From the NCBI GenBank assembly GCA_900617105.1, contig UYFQ01000001.1, positions 2,728,001 through 2,792,000 of the forward strand: a stretch of DNA of 64,000 nt, written 5' to 3'. This DNA is from Hydrurus foetidus. Taxonomy: Eukaryota. A program made the position numbers and the translations under genes. Below are positions 29,157 to 39,364 of the stretch, one piece after another. Every line of letters begins with the position of its first letter. The stretch's first letter is position 1. The notes below the pieces were generated by a model. The model was given only the letters and a program-made list of their open reading frames with translations. It ran no database searches and was not told the origin of the DNA.

Positions 29157-29663
29157 ATGATCAAAATTGGCGACACCGTACCCGCATCCACGTTAATGGA
29201 ATTTTCTGAAGTTGAAGGCAATGGCTGCAGCATTGGTCCGAACGCGGTCGACGTGAGCAAGGCCACCGCCGGTAAAACGATTGCGCTGTTTGCGCTGCCT
29301 GGCGCTTTCACGCCAACATGCTCAGCCAAGCATGTGCCCGGCTACGTCGACAATTTTGCAGAACTCAAAGCCGCCGGTGTTGATGAGATTTGGTGCGTGA
29401 GTGTCAACGACGCATTCGTCATGGGTGCCTGGGCACGCGACCAAAAAACCGACGGCAAAGTTCGCATGCTGGCCGATGGCAGCGCAGCCTTTACCCAAGC
29501 CACCGGCTTGACGCTTGACCTGACCGCGCGCGGCATGGGCTTAAGAAGCAATCGCTACTCAATGCTGATCAAAGACGGCAAGGTGGCCAGCCTGAATGTT
29601 GAAGGCCCGGGCAAGTTTGAAGTCAGTGACGCCGCCACGCTGCTTGCACAAGCAAAAGCTTAA
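29157..29663 (+). CDS. Peroxiredoxin (Prx5 type)
   Basis: [16 protein letters not shown]. Confidence 0.95.
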   Translation: MIKIGDTVPASTLMEFSEVEGNGCSIGPNAVDVSKATAGKTIALFALPGAFTPTCSAKHVPGYVDNFAELKAAGVDEIWCVSVNDAFVMGAWARDQKTDGKVRMLADGSAAFTQATGLTLDLTARGMGLRSNRYSMLIKDGKVASLNVEGPGKFEVSDAATLLAQAKA

Positions 29664-29714
29664 ATCTGTCTTGCAACCGGCCAGTTGTACATGGCCAGTA
29701 GCAAATTGCTAACC

Positions 29715-29762
29715 GCTATTTAATCAGGAGCTGCTTGCGCCCGTATTTATTTGGCTAGAGGC
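29715..29762 (-). repeat. R1 copy
   Basis: GCTATTTAATCAGGAGCTGCTTGCGCCCGTATTTATTTGGCT on +. Confidence 0.85.
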
Positions 29763-29766
29763 ACAT

Positions 29767-30255
29767 TTATAAGTCAACCTTGAGGTAATGCGCGCCTGCT
29801 ATCGGGTTATGGTAGTACGGCGGAATCTCTTGAAAATTCAGGTCTTTGTAAAGTGCCCGGGCAGATTCCATCTCGCTAAGCGTATCTAGCAACGCGTGGT
29901 GGTAGCCTGCAACGCGGGCTGCATCCAGCATCGCCTCAGCCAACTGCCGGCCCAAGCCCAACCCCTGAAACGGCGGGCGCACAAAAAGTCGCTTCATCTC
30001 GCAGGCGTTCGGGTAGTCGGTCGAGGTCAATGGCCGCATGCCGCAACAACCAGCCAGGTCGTTGCCCACAAAGGCCAGCAGCAACGCACCGTGCGGCCCA
30101 GCATAGTCGCCGGGCAAACCAGCCAACTCAGCCTCGAAGTTTTGAAAACACAAGTCAACGCCAAGGTGCTGGGCGTACTCCCGAAAAATCAGGCGTGTGG
30201 CTTCAAGTTCTGCGGCGGTACCAGGGGCAATGAGTTTGATTCGGGGAAGGGGCAC
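29767..30255 (-). CDS. GNAT family acetyltransferase
   Basis: CEMKRLFV...QGLGLG...ARALY. Confidence 0.9.
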   Translation of the reverse strand: MPLPRIKLIAPGTAAELEATRLIFREYAQHLGVDLCFQNFEAELAGLPGDYAGPHGALLLAFVGNDLAGCCGMRPLTSTDYPNACEMKRLFVRPPFQGLGLGRQLAEAMLDAARVAGYHHALLDTLSEMESARALYKDLNFQEIPPYYHNPIAGAHYLKVDL

Positions 30256-30378
30256 TTTGGGCTGGGCGTCTAGTACAACAGCTTTGCACTATACCGAAAA
30301 GGCCTGCAACAGCCCAACCAGCACTTGTTGGTACCCAGAGCAGTTCGGCAAAGCTGTGCGCAAGCTCACCGTCACGCG

Positions 30379-31089
30379 CTAGGCCGCCAAGCTTGACACC
30401 CACACCACAAAAGCCACGCACAACCCAAACAGTACTGCCGCTGCAGTGCGCGATGCCGCGTCGTCACGCGAGCTGGCGGCCGGCGCTTCCAGCTGCTTGT
30501 CGCCATTGACCATGGCTGAGACCAGCCTGTACTTGCGCCGCGTGTAATAAACAATCGCGGCCAAGTGCAACATCACCAGCGCAAGAATGATCCACTTGCC
30601 AATATTGGTGTGGTAATTCGTCGCCAGGTTCACAGTGGCGCCAGATACAAACCGCGTTAACGGCCCACTGGCCGCGATTTCGTCGTCGCTGACCAAACCG
30701 CTGCCCACCTGCGCCAGCAATATAACCAGCAGCGCAAAAACCGACCCCGCGCCCGTGGGCGTGTGACCAACAGAGTGCTCAGGCTTGCCCCGCCCCTTGA
30801 CGTAATTCACAATGCTGCCCGGCGAGTAGATAAACGCTGCAAAGCGCGACCAGCGCCCGCCCACCAAGCCCCACACCAGCCTGAACATCAACAGCGCTAG
30901 CACGGTCAGCCCAAATCGAAAGTGCCATGCCATCGCGTTGCCGCCCAAGCTGGCGGTAATCACCAACCCCACAATGCACAGCGCCAGAGCCCAATGAAAC
31001 ACCCGCGTTGGCAAGTCCCAAACGCGTACCGTGTACCGCTTGGGAAAGTTAGCGGTGGTGCCAGTGTCAGATGGTGTGTTCGTGTTCAT
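30379..31089 (-). CDS. Cytochrome b/b6 domain membrane protein
   Basis: VWDLPTRVFHW; divergent from cytochrome c'. Confidence 0.9.
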   Translation of the reverse strand: MNTNTPSDTGTTANFPKRYTVRVWDLPTRVFHWALALCIVGLVITASLGGNAMAWHFRFGLTVLALLMFRLVWGLVGGRWSRFAAFIYSPGSIVNYVKGRGKPEHSVGHTPTGAGSVFALLVILLAQVGSGLVSDDEIAASGPLTRFVSGATVNLATNYHTNIGKWIILALVMLHLAAIVYYTRRKYRLVSAMVNGDKQLEAPAASSRDDAASRTAAAVLFGLCVAFVVWVSSLAA

Positions 31090-31458
31090 GGCGGATCGTT
31101 TGTGAAGGTTGAGCCTTGGCATTTAAAAAACAGCGCATCGAAAGCTTAAGCGAGATTTGGCGAGATTAGGCGACATTAAGCGGCATTGAACGGCATCAAG
31201 CCCCTTGCAGCGTAAATCACCCCGGTGTTGGCAGCAATCGGCTGACCGCTTGATGCCAAACGCCGCCCAGGTTGTTACACCATGTCTACTTACGATCAGA
31301 TCACGCCGCCCGGATGCAGCTGGTTCTCAGTGCTTTCCCTTGGCGCTTAAAAATAAAGACCTGCGGAACTTAAGCCTTCTCGGTAAACTCCAGCATTCTG
31401 GCGGGTACCCAGTGCCCCGCCAGCTTTTTTCACTTTTATAAACCCCACGAGGAACGCC

Positions 31459-31920
31459 ATGAAAACTCTTGCTTGCATCGCCGCTGCGGTGGCCCTGGTT
31501 ACGCTCAGCAGCACCGCATCGGCCCAATTTGCCAAACCTGAAGACGCCATCAAGTACCGCCAAAGCTCACTGTCGGTAATGGGCACGCACTTCGGCCGCA
31601 TTGGCGCCATGGTCAACGGCCGCGTGCCGTTTGACGCCAAAGTCGCCGCCGAGAACGCCGATATTGTGGCGACCATGGCCCAGCTCCCATGGGCAGCGTT
31701 TGGGCCAGGCACCGACAAAGGCGCCATTCCCACCCGCGCCAAAGCAGAAATTTGGACCGAGCAAGCCAAGTTCAAAGAACTCAGCGAAAAAATGAACGCT
31801 GAAGTCGCCAAGCTGCAAGCCGCCGCCAAAACCGGCAACCCCGACACCCTCAAAGCCGCCTTCGGCGCAACGGGCGCATCATGCAAGGCCTGTCACGACA
31901 ATTACCAAGCCAAGCTTTGA
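31459..31920 (+). CDS. Cytochrome c'
   Basis: Signal peptide and C-terminal CKACH. Confidence 0.92.
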   Translation: MKTLACIAAAVALVTLSSTASAQFAKPEDAIKYRQSSLSVMGTHFGRIGAMVNGRVPFDAKVAAENADIVATMAQLPWAAFGPGTDKGAIPTRAKAEIWTEQAKFKELSEKMNAEVAKLQAAAKTGNPDTLKAAFGATGASCKACHDNYQAKL

Positions 31921-31929
31921 TGGTTTAAT

Positions 31930-31976
31930 GCTACTGATTTAGTAGCTGCTTGCGTCTATTATTAATGGGCTGTGGC
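31930..31976 (-). repeat. R1 copy
   Basis: GCTACTGATTTAGTAGCTGCTTGCGTCTATTATTAATGGGCT on +. Confidence 0.8.
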
Positions 31977-31990
31977 CGTATCTGATACCT

Positions 31991-32028
31991 AAAAAGGCCT
32001 GTTTTGAAGAAAAACAGGCCTTTTTTTT
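31991..32028. terminator. Bidirectional terminator
   Basis: AAAAAGGCCTGTTTT-loop-AAAACAGGCCTTTTTTTT between convergent genes. Confidence 0.85.
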
Positions 32029-32049
32029 GGGCGACGCTAGAAAGAGACC

Positions 32050-33036
32050 TCAATCCAGCGGCTTGATGTCCAACTCTTTGGCCAGCCGCGCCCACCGGCT
32101 TGTGTCGCCTTCCAGCTTGGCCTGCATTTCTACTGCGCCCGGTATGGCAACTTCAAGCGCCAGGTTGATCAGTTTGTCGCGCACGTCGGGCATTTGCAGC
32201 ACCTGGGCAATCGCTGCGGCCAGCTTGTCGACGATGGGTTTGGGCATGCCTGCCGGGCCCATGATGCCGAACCACTGCTCGTAGTCGACGCCGTTGATGC
32301 CGACTTCAGCAAACGTGGGCGCATTTGGAAAGTCGGGGTGGCGCTTGGCACCTGTGGTGGCCAGCACGCGGAGTTTGCCTGACTTGACGTGGCTACCCGC
32401 ACTGGCCATGGTGGTGATCATGGTGTTGACCTGGCCGCTCATCAAGTCAATCAGCGCGGGGGACGAGCCGCGGTATGGCACGCTGGTAAATTGCAGCCCC
32501 GAGCGCGCGCGGAACAAGTCGACCACCACGCTGCCGGTGCCAGCGATAGCAAGCGTTAACTTTCCGGGGTTGGCGCGGCCAAACTTCAAAACGTCTTGCG
32601 CTGTTTTGGCTTCAAAGTCGGGGTTGGCAATCAAAAACGCGGGGGACTTGCCCACCAGCGAGACTGGCGTGAAGTCTTTGACCGCGTCGTACGGCATTTT
32701 GCGAACGTAAATTGGCGCGCTGCTGTGAAACACATCGACCAGCACCAGCGTGTAGCCGTCTGCCGGTGATTTGGCCACCACATCGGTACCAATCAAGCCG
32801 CCCGCGCCGCCCTTGTTGTCTACCACCACTGATTGCTTGAGCACCGGGCCTAGTTTGTCGGCCAGCAGGCGCGCTGTGGCGTCTGAGCTGCCGCCCGCCG
32901 GGAAGGGCACGACCAGCTTGATGGGCTTGTTCGGGTAATCTTGTGCGTGCGCAGTAACAGGCGCTGTTGCGACTTACGTAACCGCCATGGCAACGGCCAA
33001 ATTGCCAACAGACGTGAAGCGGTGTAACAAGCGCAT
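32050..33036 (-). pseudogene. Bug/TctC tripartite tricarboxylate receptor with in-frame TAA in the signal peptide
   Basis: [48 protein letters not shown]; stop at 32974-32976. Confidence 0.75.
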
Positions 33037-33116
33037 GAATGTTCCTAAAACGTGAAGTTAAACGAGTTAAATAACCGCAAAAATAACCGGACAAGACGGT
33101 GAAAACGGGTCAATAT

Positions 33117-33164
33117 ACTATCAAAATAGGAGCTGCTTGCGCCCATATTGATTGGCCTAGTGGC
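33117..33164 (-). repeat. R1 copy
   Basis: ACTATCAAAATAGGAGCTGCTTGCGCCCATATTGATTGGCCT on +. Confidence 0.8.
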
Positions 33165-33346
33165 TATTTCAGTCGCTATTTAAACCCAAAAAGTAGGCCG
33201 TTTTACACAAAAGAGGACTTTTTTCTCACTTCACCGCTGATTTTTCTTGGCCGCCCGGGCGCCGGGGCCAATTGACGCGGCATGCGGCATACTCGCTCGA
33301 CGTTATTGATTAGTTTGTTACTTAAACGTCACCGCAGGAGACCACC

Positions 33347-34060
33347 ATGCAGCGCAGATACTTTACCCTCGCATCGACCAGCGTTTTTGGCAGCCTGATT
33401 CTGGCTACCTACCAGCACGCGCATGCGTTGGCACTCGGCGATTTGGCCGGCATTTCCAACAAAGACGCCAGCACCGGGCTGAAAACCGCGCTAGAAAAAG
33501 GCGCGCTTGCGGCGGTCGCGATTTTGGGAAAGACCGATGGCTTTTTCGGTAATCCCAAGGTGCAAATTCCGTTGCCAGGTCACCTGCAAGACGTGGCTAA
33601 ATTAATGAAAAATTTGGGCCAGGGCAAGCGCATTGACGAGCTGATGCTGTCAATCAACCGTGCTGCAGAGGCGGCTGTGCCCATGGGCAAAGACCTGCTG
33701 GTAGGCGCGGTGCGCAACATGAGCGTGACGGACGCCAAAAACATTCTGACGGGCGGCGACACATCAGTCACCACTTTTTTTGCTGAAAAAACCCGCAGCC
33801 CACTGGGCACTACGTTTTTGCCCATCGTGACCAAGGCCACTGAAAAAGTCGGCTTGGCCAACAAATACAACGAGTTTGCGGGCAAAGCCGCTGGCTTTGG
33901 TTTGGTGAAAAAAGAAGACGCCAATATTCAGCAATACGTGACCGGCAAGTCGCTGGACGGCTTGTACCTGATCATTGGTGAAGAAGAAAAGAAAATTCGC
34001 CAAGACCCGGTGGGCACCGGCAGCGCTATTTTGAAGAAAGTGTTTGGCGCGCTGAAATAA
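33347..34060 (+). CDS. DUF4197 family exported protein
   Basis: GLKTALEKG...DGFFGNP...NRAAEAA...EEKKIRQDP. Confidence 0.85.
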   Translation: MQRRYFTLASTSVFGSLILATYQHAHALALGDLAGISNKDASTGLKTALEKGALAAVAILGKTDGFFGNPKVQIPLPGHLQDVAKLMKNLGQGKRIDELMLSINRAAEAAVPMGKDLLVGAVRNMSVTDAKNILTGGDTSVTTFFAEKTRSPLGTTFLPIVTKATEKVGLANKYNEFAGKAAGFGLVKKEDANIQQYVTGKSLDGLYLIIGEEEKKIRQDPVGTGSAILKKVFGALK

Positions 34061-34091
34061 CGCGATTTATGGCTTTTTAAGTTGAAAATGC

Positions 34092-34139
34092 GGCTGCAGC
34101 CTAATTAATACGGGCGCGAGCAGCTACTAAATATATAGC
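34092..34139 (+). repeat. R1 copy
   Basis: AGCCTAATTAATACGGGCGCGAGCAGCTACTAAATATATAGC. Confidence 0.85.
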
Positions 34140-34205
34140 CAATCAGCGCCCTGCTCCAGACGGGCACAAGCGGCCTTAAGCGATCTCAGGCGACTTCACG
34201 CCAAC

Positions 34206-35354
34206 TCAAACAACTTTAGCCAGCTCCATCGCCAAAATCGAGCCCAGTTGCGTGCGCAGCCCGTCCCGGCTGATGCGGGTCATGCTGCCTGACATCCAGC
34301 CCGCCATTTCCAGCACGTTGGCCGCGCTGGCAATTTCAACAAACGGGTAATTGGGGTCATTGCGGCGAAGGTCTTCACACAGCTCCTCAAAAACCGGGTC
34401 CCTCACCCGCTCGTCAATCACCACCATGTGCGGCGGATCCAACTCGCAAAAGCGCACCGCCTGGCGACTTTCCAGCACAAAGTCGACGGTCAGCCCCATG
34501 GTGCGCGCGGTACTTTGCACTTCATGGCGCAGCAGATCGTCGTTGGTGATGACCAATATGCGGTGGCCCGCCATGGGTTTGGAGTCGCCGTACAGCGTGT
34601 CGTACCCCGTGTCGACCTCAACCGCGGTCAGGCCCTCAAGCCGCTTGACGGTGCGCGGGAATTCAATCATCAGCGTTGATTCTTTGGCTGACGTGATTCG
34701 GTCAACCGACACGCCCATGGCGTTGGCGGCTTCCACCAACAAATACCAGGCCAGCGTGTTGCCAGTCGCATCAAACGGCTCGCTGCCGGGCTTGTTTTGC
34801 GCAATGCGGTCGCTGGCGCGAATAAGCAGCATGCCATGCTCGGGCCAGTTCTTCATCTCTAACGTAATAACCAGCTTGCGCCCCATGTCCAGCGCCCATT
34901 CCAGCGCTGCATCTACCAGGCAAACCAGCAAGCCCGCGTCAACAATGACCTCAACCGGCTTTAAGCCGTGGTACAGCTCCACACCGCGCAGGCGAAACAA
35001 CTTGTTGCGCTCTAAAAGCGAGTCGCGCAGCAGCTCATCGAGCTTTAACTTTTCGTGCGACTGGCGCAGGCGGCCACCGCCCAGGCGGGCGATTTGCTGG
35101 CTTTGCATGGCCACACCGCGTGCGGCGTCTAACGAATTTGTCAAGCGGGCAATTTGCGCGCGGCTCACGTTGCCGTCAAGCATCATCTCGTCAATAACCG
35201 CCTGCATGCTGCCCAATGAATCAGAAAGCATCGTGCCAATAACGCCGACCAACTGAAAATCCATGCGATCAGAAACCGCAGACGGCGCAGCCCCGTCTTT
35301 TTGCGCAGACAACGCAGTTGGATTCGTGCCCTGAAAACTGCTTGAACGTGCCAT
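34206..35354 (-). CDS. Hypothetical protein, degenerate kinase-like + receiver-like architecture
   Basis: C-terminal RILVITNDDLLR...PPHMVVIDE resembles a receiver domain; no clear H/N/G boxes. Confidence 0.55.
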   Translation of the reverse strand: MARSSSFQGTNPTALSAQKDGAAPSAVSDRMDFQLVGVIGTMLSDSLGSMQAVIDEMMLDGNVSRAQIARLTNSLDAARGVAMQSQQIARLGGGRLRQSHEKLKLDELLRDSLLERNKLFRLRGVELYHGLKPVEVIVDAGLLVCLVDAALEWALDMGRKLVITLEMKNWPEHGMLLIRASDRIAQNKPGSEPFDATGNTLAWYLLVEAANAMGVSVDRITSAKESTLMIEFPRTVKRLEGLTAVEVDTGYDTLYGDSKPMAGHRILVITNDDLLRHEVQSTARTMGLTVDFVLESRQAVRFCELDPPHMVVIDERVRDPVFEELCEDLRRNDPNYPFVEIASAANVLEMAGWMSGSMTRISRDGLRTQLGSILAMELAKVV

Positions 35355-35569
35355 CGATTACCTACAACTCCTATTGTTGAAAAACTGCTGGCGACCAGCA
35401 AGCTCTAGTACTTCCCACTTTCCGTAGCTTAACTGACACGGCAAACTGATTTAAGTTGCAGACAACGGCTGTGACGCCAGCGACTACGGCGTTTTTATGT
35501 CGGCTGTTCTGGTTCATTGACCCACGTGGTCGAGCAACAGCGCGCTAGCGCCCCATTTGAAGCGATTTT

Positions 35570-35618
35570 GCACTGCAGACCGATATTTTCGGGCGCAAGC
35601 AGCTATATAAAACATAGC
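35570..35618 (+). repeat. R1 copy
   Basis: AGACCGATATTTTCGGGCGCAAGCAGCTATATAAAACATAGC. Confidence 0.75.
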
Positions 35619-35705
35619 GAAAAGGCGGCAAACTTTAGTCAGCTGAATGGCTACCTGCCCCATGCGCAGCAACCCGCAAGGCGCCAAGCCAGAGGCTTGC
35701 ACCCC

Positions 35706-36311
35706 TTACTGCGGCAGGCGGTCAGACTGTCGGCCTCTTAGCTCTGCATTCAGCACATCGTTCAGGCGCACGTGGCACTTGAATTTGCCGGTCAAGTCGC
35801 GCAGCGTCATGGACACGATCAGGCAAATCACCGACATCAATTTGACGCCCACGGCCGGGTGCTCACGGCAGAGCTTTAGCAGCTGCACCCGGGTGAGCAT
35901 GGCGCAGCGGGTAGGCTCGCTGGCCACGCCTTGAAGCGAGCGCGCCGCGCCGTCTATCAAGCTCATCGCGCCGAGTGTGCCGCCCACGCCCAGCACCGTT
36001 ACGGTTACCGATTCGCCGCTACCGGGCGTGACGGCCTCAAACGTCGCCGCGCCGTCAAGCACCCACAACATGAAGTCAACATGCGCCTTGTCGCCCTGTT
36101 CAATAATGATTTCGCGGTCACGGTATTGGCGGGCAGCCATGTAACTGGCCGCAATTTTGGCGTCGGCTGCATTTAACGGCATCAGTACCGCGGCGCCGCA
36201 CAAAATGTCTACCAGCGCATCAGTATCGGCCGGGGTCAGCGTATGGTGACCCGCCGCCTCAAAAGTCGAATCGGGCGGACTGCTGCGTTGGCCAAACAGC
36301 GCTTTTAGCAT
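35706..36311 (-). CDS. Cyclic nucleotide-binding domain protein (Crp-like, no HTH seen)
   Basis: IIEQGD...GAMSLIDGAARS. Confidence 0.8.
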   Translation of the reverse strand: MLKALFGQRSSPPDSTFEAAGHHTLTPADTDALVDILCGAAVLMPLNAADAKIAASYMAARQYRDREIIIEQGDKAHVDFMLWVLDGAATFEAVTPGSGESVTVTVLGVGGTLGAMSLIDGAARSLQGVASEPTRCAMLTRVQLLKLCREHPAVGVKLMSVICLIVSMTLRDLTGKFKCHVRLNDVLNAELRGRQSDRLPQ

Positions 36312-36889
36312 GGTGTTTTCCTCGTTAATAAGTAGGGGTTTGGGCGCTGCGCGTATCGCCGGCCAGTAACGCACTGGCCGCAGCACGCGCCGATGCAGCG
36401 CCAGCCTGGCGCCTTAAAAGAAAAACTGCAACATGTGCATTCGTTATTCATTTTTTACCTTCCTCAAAGCTCACTGCGTAACGCGCAGCGCAATTGACTG
36501 AGTACCCCAACCGTTGCGCAGAGCGCGCCGCCAGGCATGCGCCTGCGGGCAGTGCCTGTAAGTTTGTGTTTCAACATCATGCCGCAAACAGTGCGCTGCG
36601 TCGATCAGAATTTTCAGTCTTTTTCAGGTAACCGTGCAAGGGCAAAACGTAACCGCATTTTCAGCCTATGCAGTACACCTTGGCGCTTAACTACCCCTTA
36701 GGCTTGAGTGCGTTTTTAGCGCACATTGAGCAAGGCAGTTCCGCACAGCGAATGTGTTTTACAAATCAGGTGGCACACAGTGCTTGGTCAGCATTGAGAG
36801 CTTGTCGAGCTTTGCCACGCAGCAAAGCCGCTGGGTACGCTGAAAGCGCAGCAAAAACCGATTTTTTGGCCTGTTTTTAGTAACGAATA

Positions 36890-36938
36890 GCCGCCTATCC
36901 CAATAAATACAGGCGCGAGCAGCTCCTAAATTAATAGT
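36890..36938 (+). repeat. R1 copy
   Basis: ATCCCAATAAATACAGGCGCGAGCAGCTCCTAAATTAATAGT. Confidence 0.8.
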
Positions 36939-36942
36939 AGAT

Positions 36943-37431
36943 TTAAAGCGCTTTGCGCGCTGCTGCCAGCCGCTGGTCCAAATACGCGCCATAAAAATCG
37001 GGCACGGCAATGCCAACCAAGCGTTCAGCCAGCTCTTGGCCTTGGCTGCCCATAAACAGCACGGTAGGCGTGAACGTGGCTTTCAACGCAGCGGCTTGCC
37101 TGGCGGCCGTCGTGGGCTGGCCGTTAAAGCCGATGAGCGGCGTGGTTTTATCGGACACATTGAGTTGCCAGGCGTGCACGCCTTCATCTGCCCGCAGCGC
37201 CAGCAGGTAACTGCGGCGCACTTGCTCGCAGTACACGCAGCCCGGCAGGCTGATCAGCAGCACCAGCGGCTCGCCTTTGGCTTGCGCGGCCAGCGCGGCT
37301 TGCAGGAGTGACTTGGGCACCGGCAGTGCGCTGTCTTTGGCGTGCGCCCACGCGCTGCGCCATGCGGCGGCTGCTGCCAATACTTTTGAAAACTCACGCC
37401 TGCCAATTGCCATGGGATGCCGCCTTGTCAA
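36943..37431 (-). CDS. Exported thioredoxin-fold protein (SoxW-like)
   Basis: Tat-like RREF signal, CVYC, TPTVLF. Confidence 0.75.
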   Translation of the reverse strand: MTRRHPMAIGRREFSKVLAAAAAWRSAWAHAKDSALPVPKSLLQAALAAQAKGEPLVLLISLPGCVYCEQVRRSYLLALRADEGVHAWQLNVSDKTTPLIGFNGQPTTAARQAAALKATFTPTVLFMGSQGQELAERLVGIAVPDFYGAYLDQRLAAARKAL

Positions 37432-38690
37432 ATGACTTTGTTGCTTTTGAGTTCAGACAACTTCTCCAGCGGGTAGTTCAACACGCTGCGCAGTACCTCG
37501 TCGGTGTGCTGGCCGAGCAGCGGCGGCGGCAAGTCGCGCCGCACCGGTGTGGCACTGAGCTTGATGGGGCTGGACACCAATGGCAAATCACTCTGGTGCG
37601 GGTGCTGCCAGCGCGTGACCATGCTTCTTGATTCAATTTGCGGGTCGGCAAACACCTCGGCCAAATTATTGATGGCGCCGCACGGCACCTTGGCCGCTTC
37701 TAGCGCGGCCAGCCAGTCGGCTTTGCGACGGGTACGCATCACGGCTTCAAGAATAGGCACGAGTTGCGCGCGGTTTTTAACGCGGTCGCGGTTCAGCGCA
37801 AACAACGGGTTTGTGCCCAGCTCAGGAACACCGGCAACCTGGCAGTACTTGACGAATTGCGAGTCATTGCCAACCGCGATGATGATGTGGTCTCGCGCAG
37901 CTGCTGTGGCGCCCTCCAAATAATTGCCTTCAAGCGCGGGGGCAACCTCAAACACCTGATACGGCACGATGTTTTGGTGCGCATTGCCCATGCGGCCCGG
38001 CACTTTGCCGCTGACCAGATAGTTGGCACCCAGGTTGGCGAGCATGGCAACTTGCGTGTCTAGCAGTGCCATGTCGACTTGCTGGCCCTCGCCGGTTTTT
38101 TCGGCATGGCGTAGCGCAGCCAGTATGCCAACTGTGGCGTACATGCCGGTCATTAAATCGGCCACGGCCACGCCGACTTTTTGCGGGCCACCCTGCAAAT
38201 CGTCACGCTCGCCGGTCACGCTCATCAGCCCACCCATGCCTTGAATCGCGTAGTCGTAGCCTGCCCTATCGGCATACGGGCCGGTTTGGCCAAAGCCCGT
38301 GATGGAGCAGTACACGATACGCGGGTTGATGGCTTTGAGGCTGGCATAGTCCAAGCCATAACGCGCCATGTCGCCGACCTTGAAGTTCTCAACAAACACA
38401 TCGCAATGCAGCGCCAACTCCCGCACCAGCGCCTGGCCTGCAGGCTGCGCGATGTCGCACGTCACGCTGCGCTTGTTGCGATTCGTGCCCAGGTAGTAGG
38501 CGGCTTCTTGCGTGTCGTTGCCTTGCGCATCTTTCAAAAACGGCGGGCCCCAGGTGCGGGTGTCGTCCCCGCTGTGTGGCCGTTCAATTTTGATGACGTC
38601 TGCGCCCAGGTCGGCCAGTGTTTGCGTACACCACGGGCCCGCTAGCACGCGGGAAAGGTCTAAAACACGAATGCCATCAAGAGAGTTCAT
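37428..38690 (-). CDS. CaiB/BaiF family CoA transferase
   Basis: LDLSRVLAGP, NRNKRS, ITGFGQTGP. Confidence 0.95.
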   Translation of the reverse strand: MNSLDGIRVLDLSRVLAGPWCTQTLADLGADVIKIERPHSGDDTRTWGPPFLKDAQGNDTQEAAYYLGTNRNKRSVTCDIAQPAGQALVRELALHCDVFVENFKVGDMARYGLDYASLKAINPRIVYCSITGFGQTGPYADRAGYDYAIQGMGGLMSVTGERDDLQGGPQKVGVAVADLMTGMYATVGILAALRHAEKTGEGQQVDMALLDTQVAMLANLGANYLVSGKVPGRMGNAHQNIVPYQVFEVAPALEGNYLEGATAAARDHIIIAVGNDSQFVKYCQVAGVPELGTNPLFALNRDRVKNRAQLVPILEAVMRTRRKADWLAALEAAKVPCGAINNLAEVFADPQIESRSMVTRWQHPHQSDLPLVSSPIKLSATPVRRDLPPPLLGQHTDEVLRSVLNYPLEKLSELKSNKVI

Positions 38691-38815
38691 GGCGCTATTT
38701 TCACCTTATCAAACGGCTGCTGCTTGCGCGGCAGGCAATCGGCCGCCGCAACTGGCACGCGCCAAAAGCCCTGTAAAGTCATAAGCTTGCTTAACGACTA
38801 GCCACCAGCAACGCG

Positions 38816-39364
38816 ATGCGACACTTAAGACTGAATTTGACAACCATGGCACTGGCCACATCAGCGCTTGCCGCATTCACGCTTGCTATGGCAGCCTGCA
38901 GCCCCGCCTTCAACTGGCGCGACGTGCGGCCAGACGACACCCGTTTAAGCTTGCTCATGCCCTGCAAGCCCGACAAAGCTGAAAAAACCGTGCCGCTCGG
39001 CAGCCAGCCAACTTTGCTGCGCATGTTGGGCTGCGACGCGGGCGGCTTGACGTTTGCTATCTCAAGCGCAGACATCGGCAGCGCCGCGCAGGTACCTTCT
39101 GTTTTGGCCGCATGGCAAAAAGCTACGCTGGCCAACATGCAAGCGGCAAAGGCCAACAGCACCACGCCGCTAAAGTTGGCGGGCGCAAGCGGCGGGCAAG
39201 GGGTGTGGCTAAAAGCCACCGGCAAGCGCGCCGACGGCACAGCCGTAGTGGGCTACGCAGCTTATTTTGCGCAAGACGCCACTGTGTTTCAGGCAGTCAT
39301 TTATGGCGCTGACATTAAAGCCGACGTGGCTGATACCTACTTTTCAGGGCTGAAGTTTGAATAA
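38816..39364 (+). CDS. Hypothetical lipoprotein
   Basis: LAMAACSP lipobox-like motif. Confidence 0.7.
   Translation: MRHLRLNLTTMALATSALAAFTLAMAACSPAFNWRDVRPDDTRLSLLMPCKPDKAEKTVPLGSQPTLLRMLGCDAGGLTFAISSADIGSAAQVPSVLAAWQKATLANMQAAKANSTTPLKLAGASGGQGVWLKATGKRADGTAVVGYAAYFAQDATVFQAVIYGADIKADVADTYFSGLKFE

Noticed and set aside
28860..29157. Absence of rplN/spc operon after rpsQ as a rearrangement
   Set aside because: A clean terminator follows rpsQ and a separated spc operon is not unusual in this group.
36312..36889. Long intergenic region as riboswitch or sRNA
   Set aside because: No recognisable riboswitch consensus or strong terminator found by eye.
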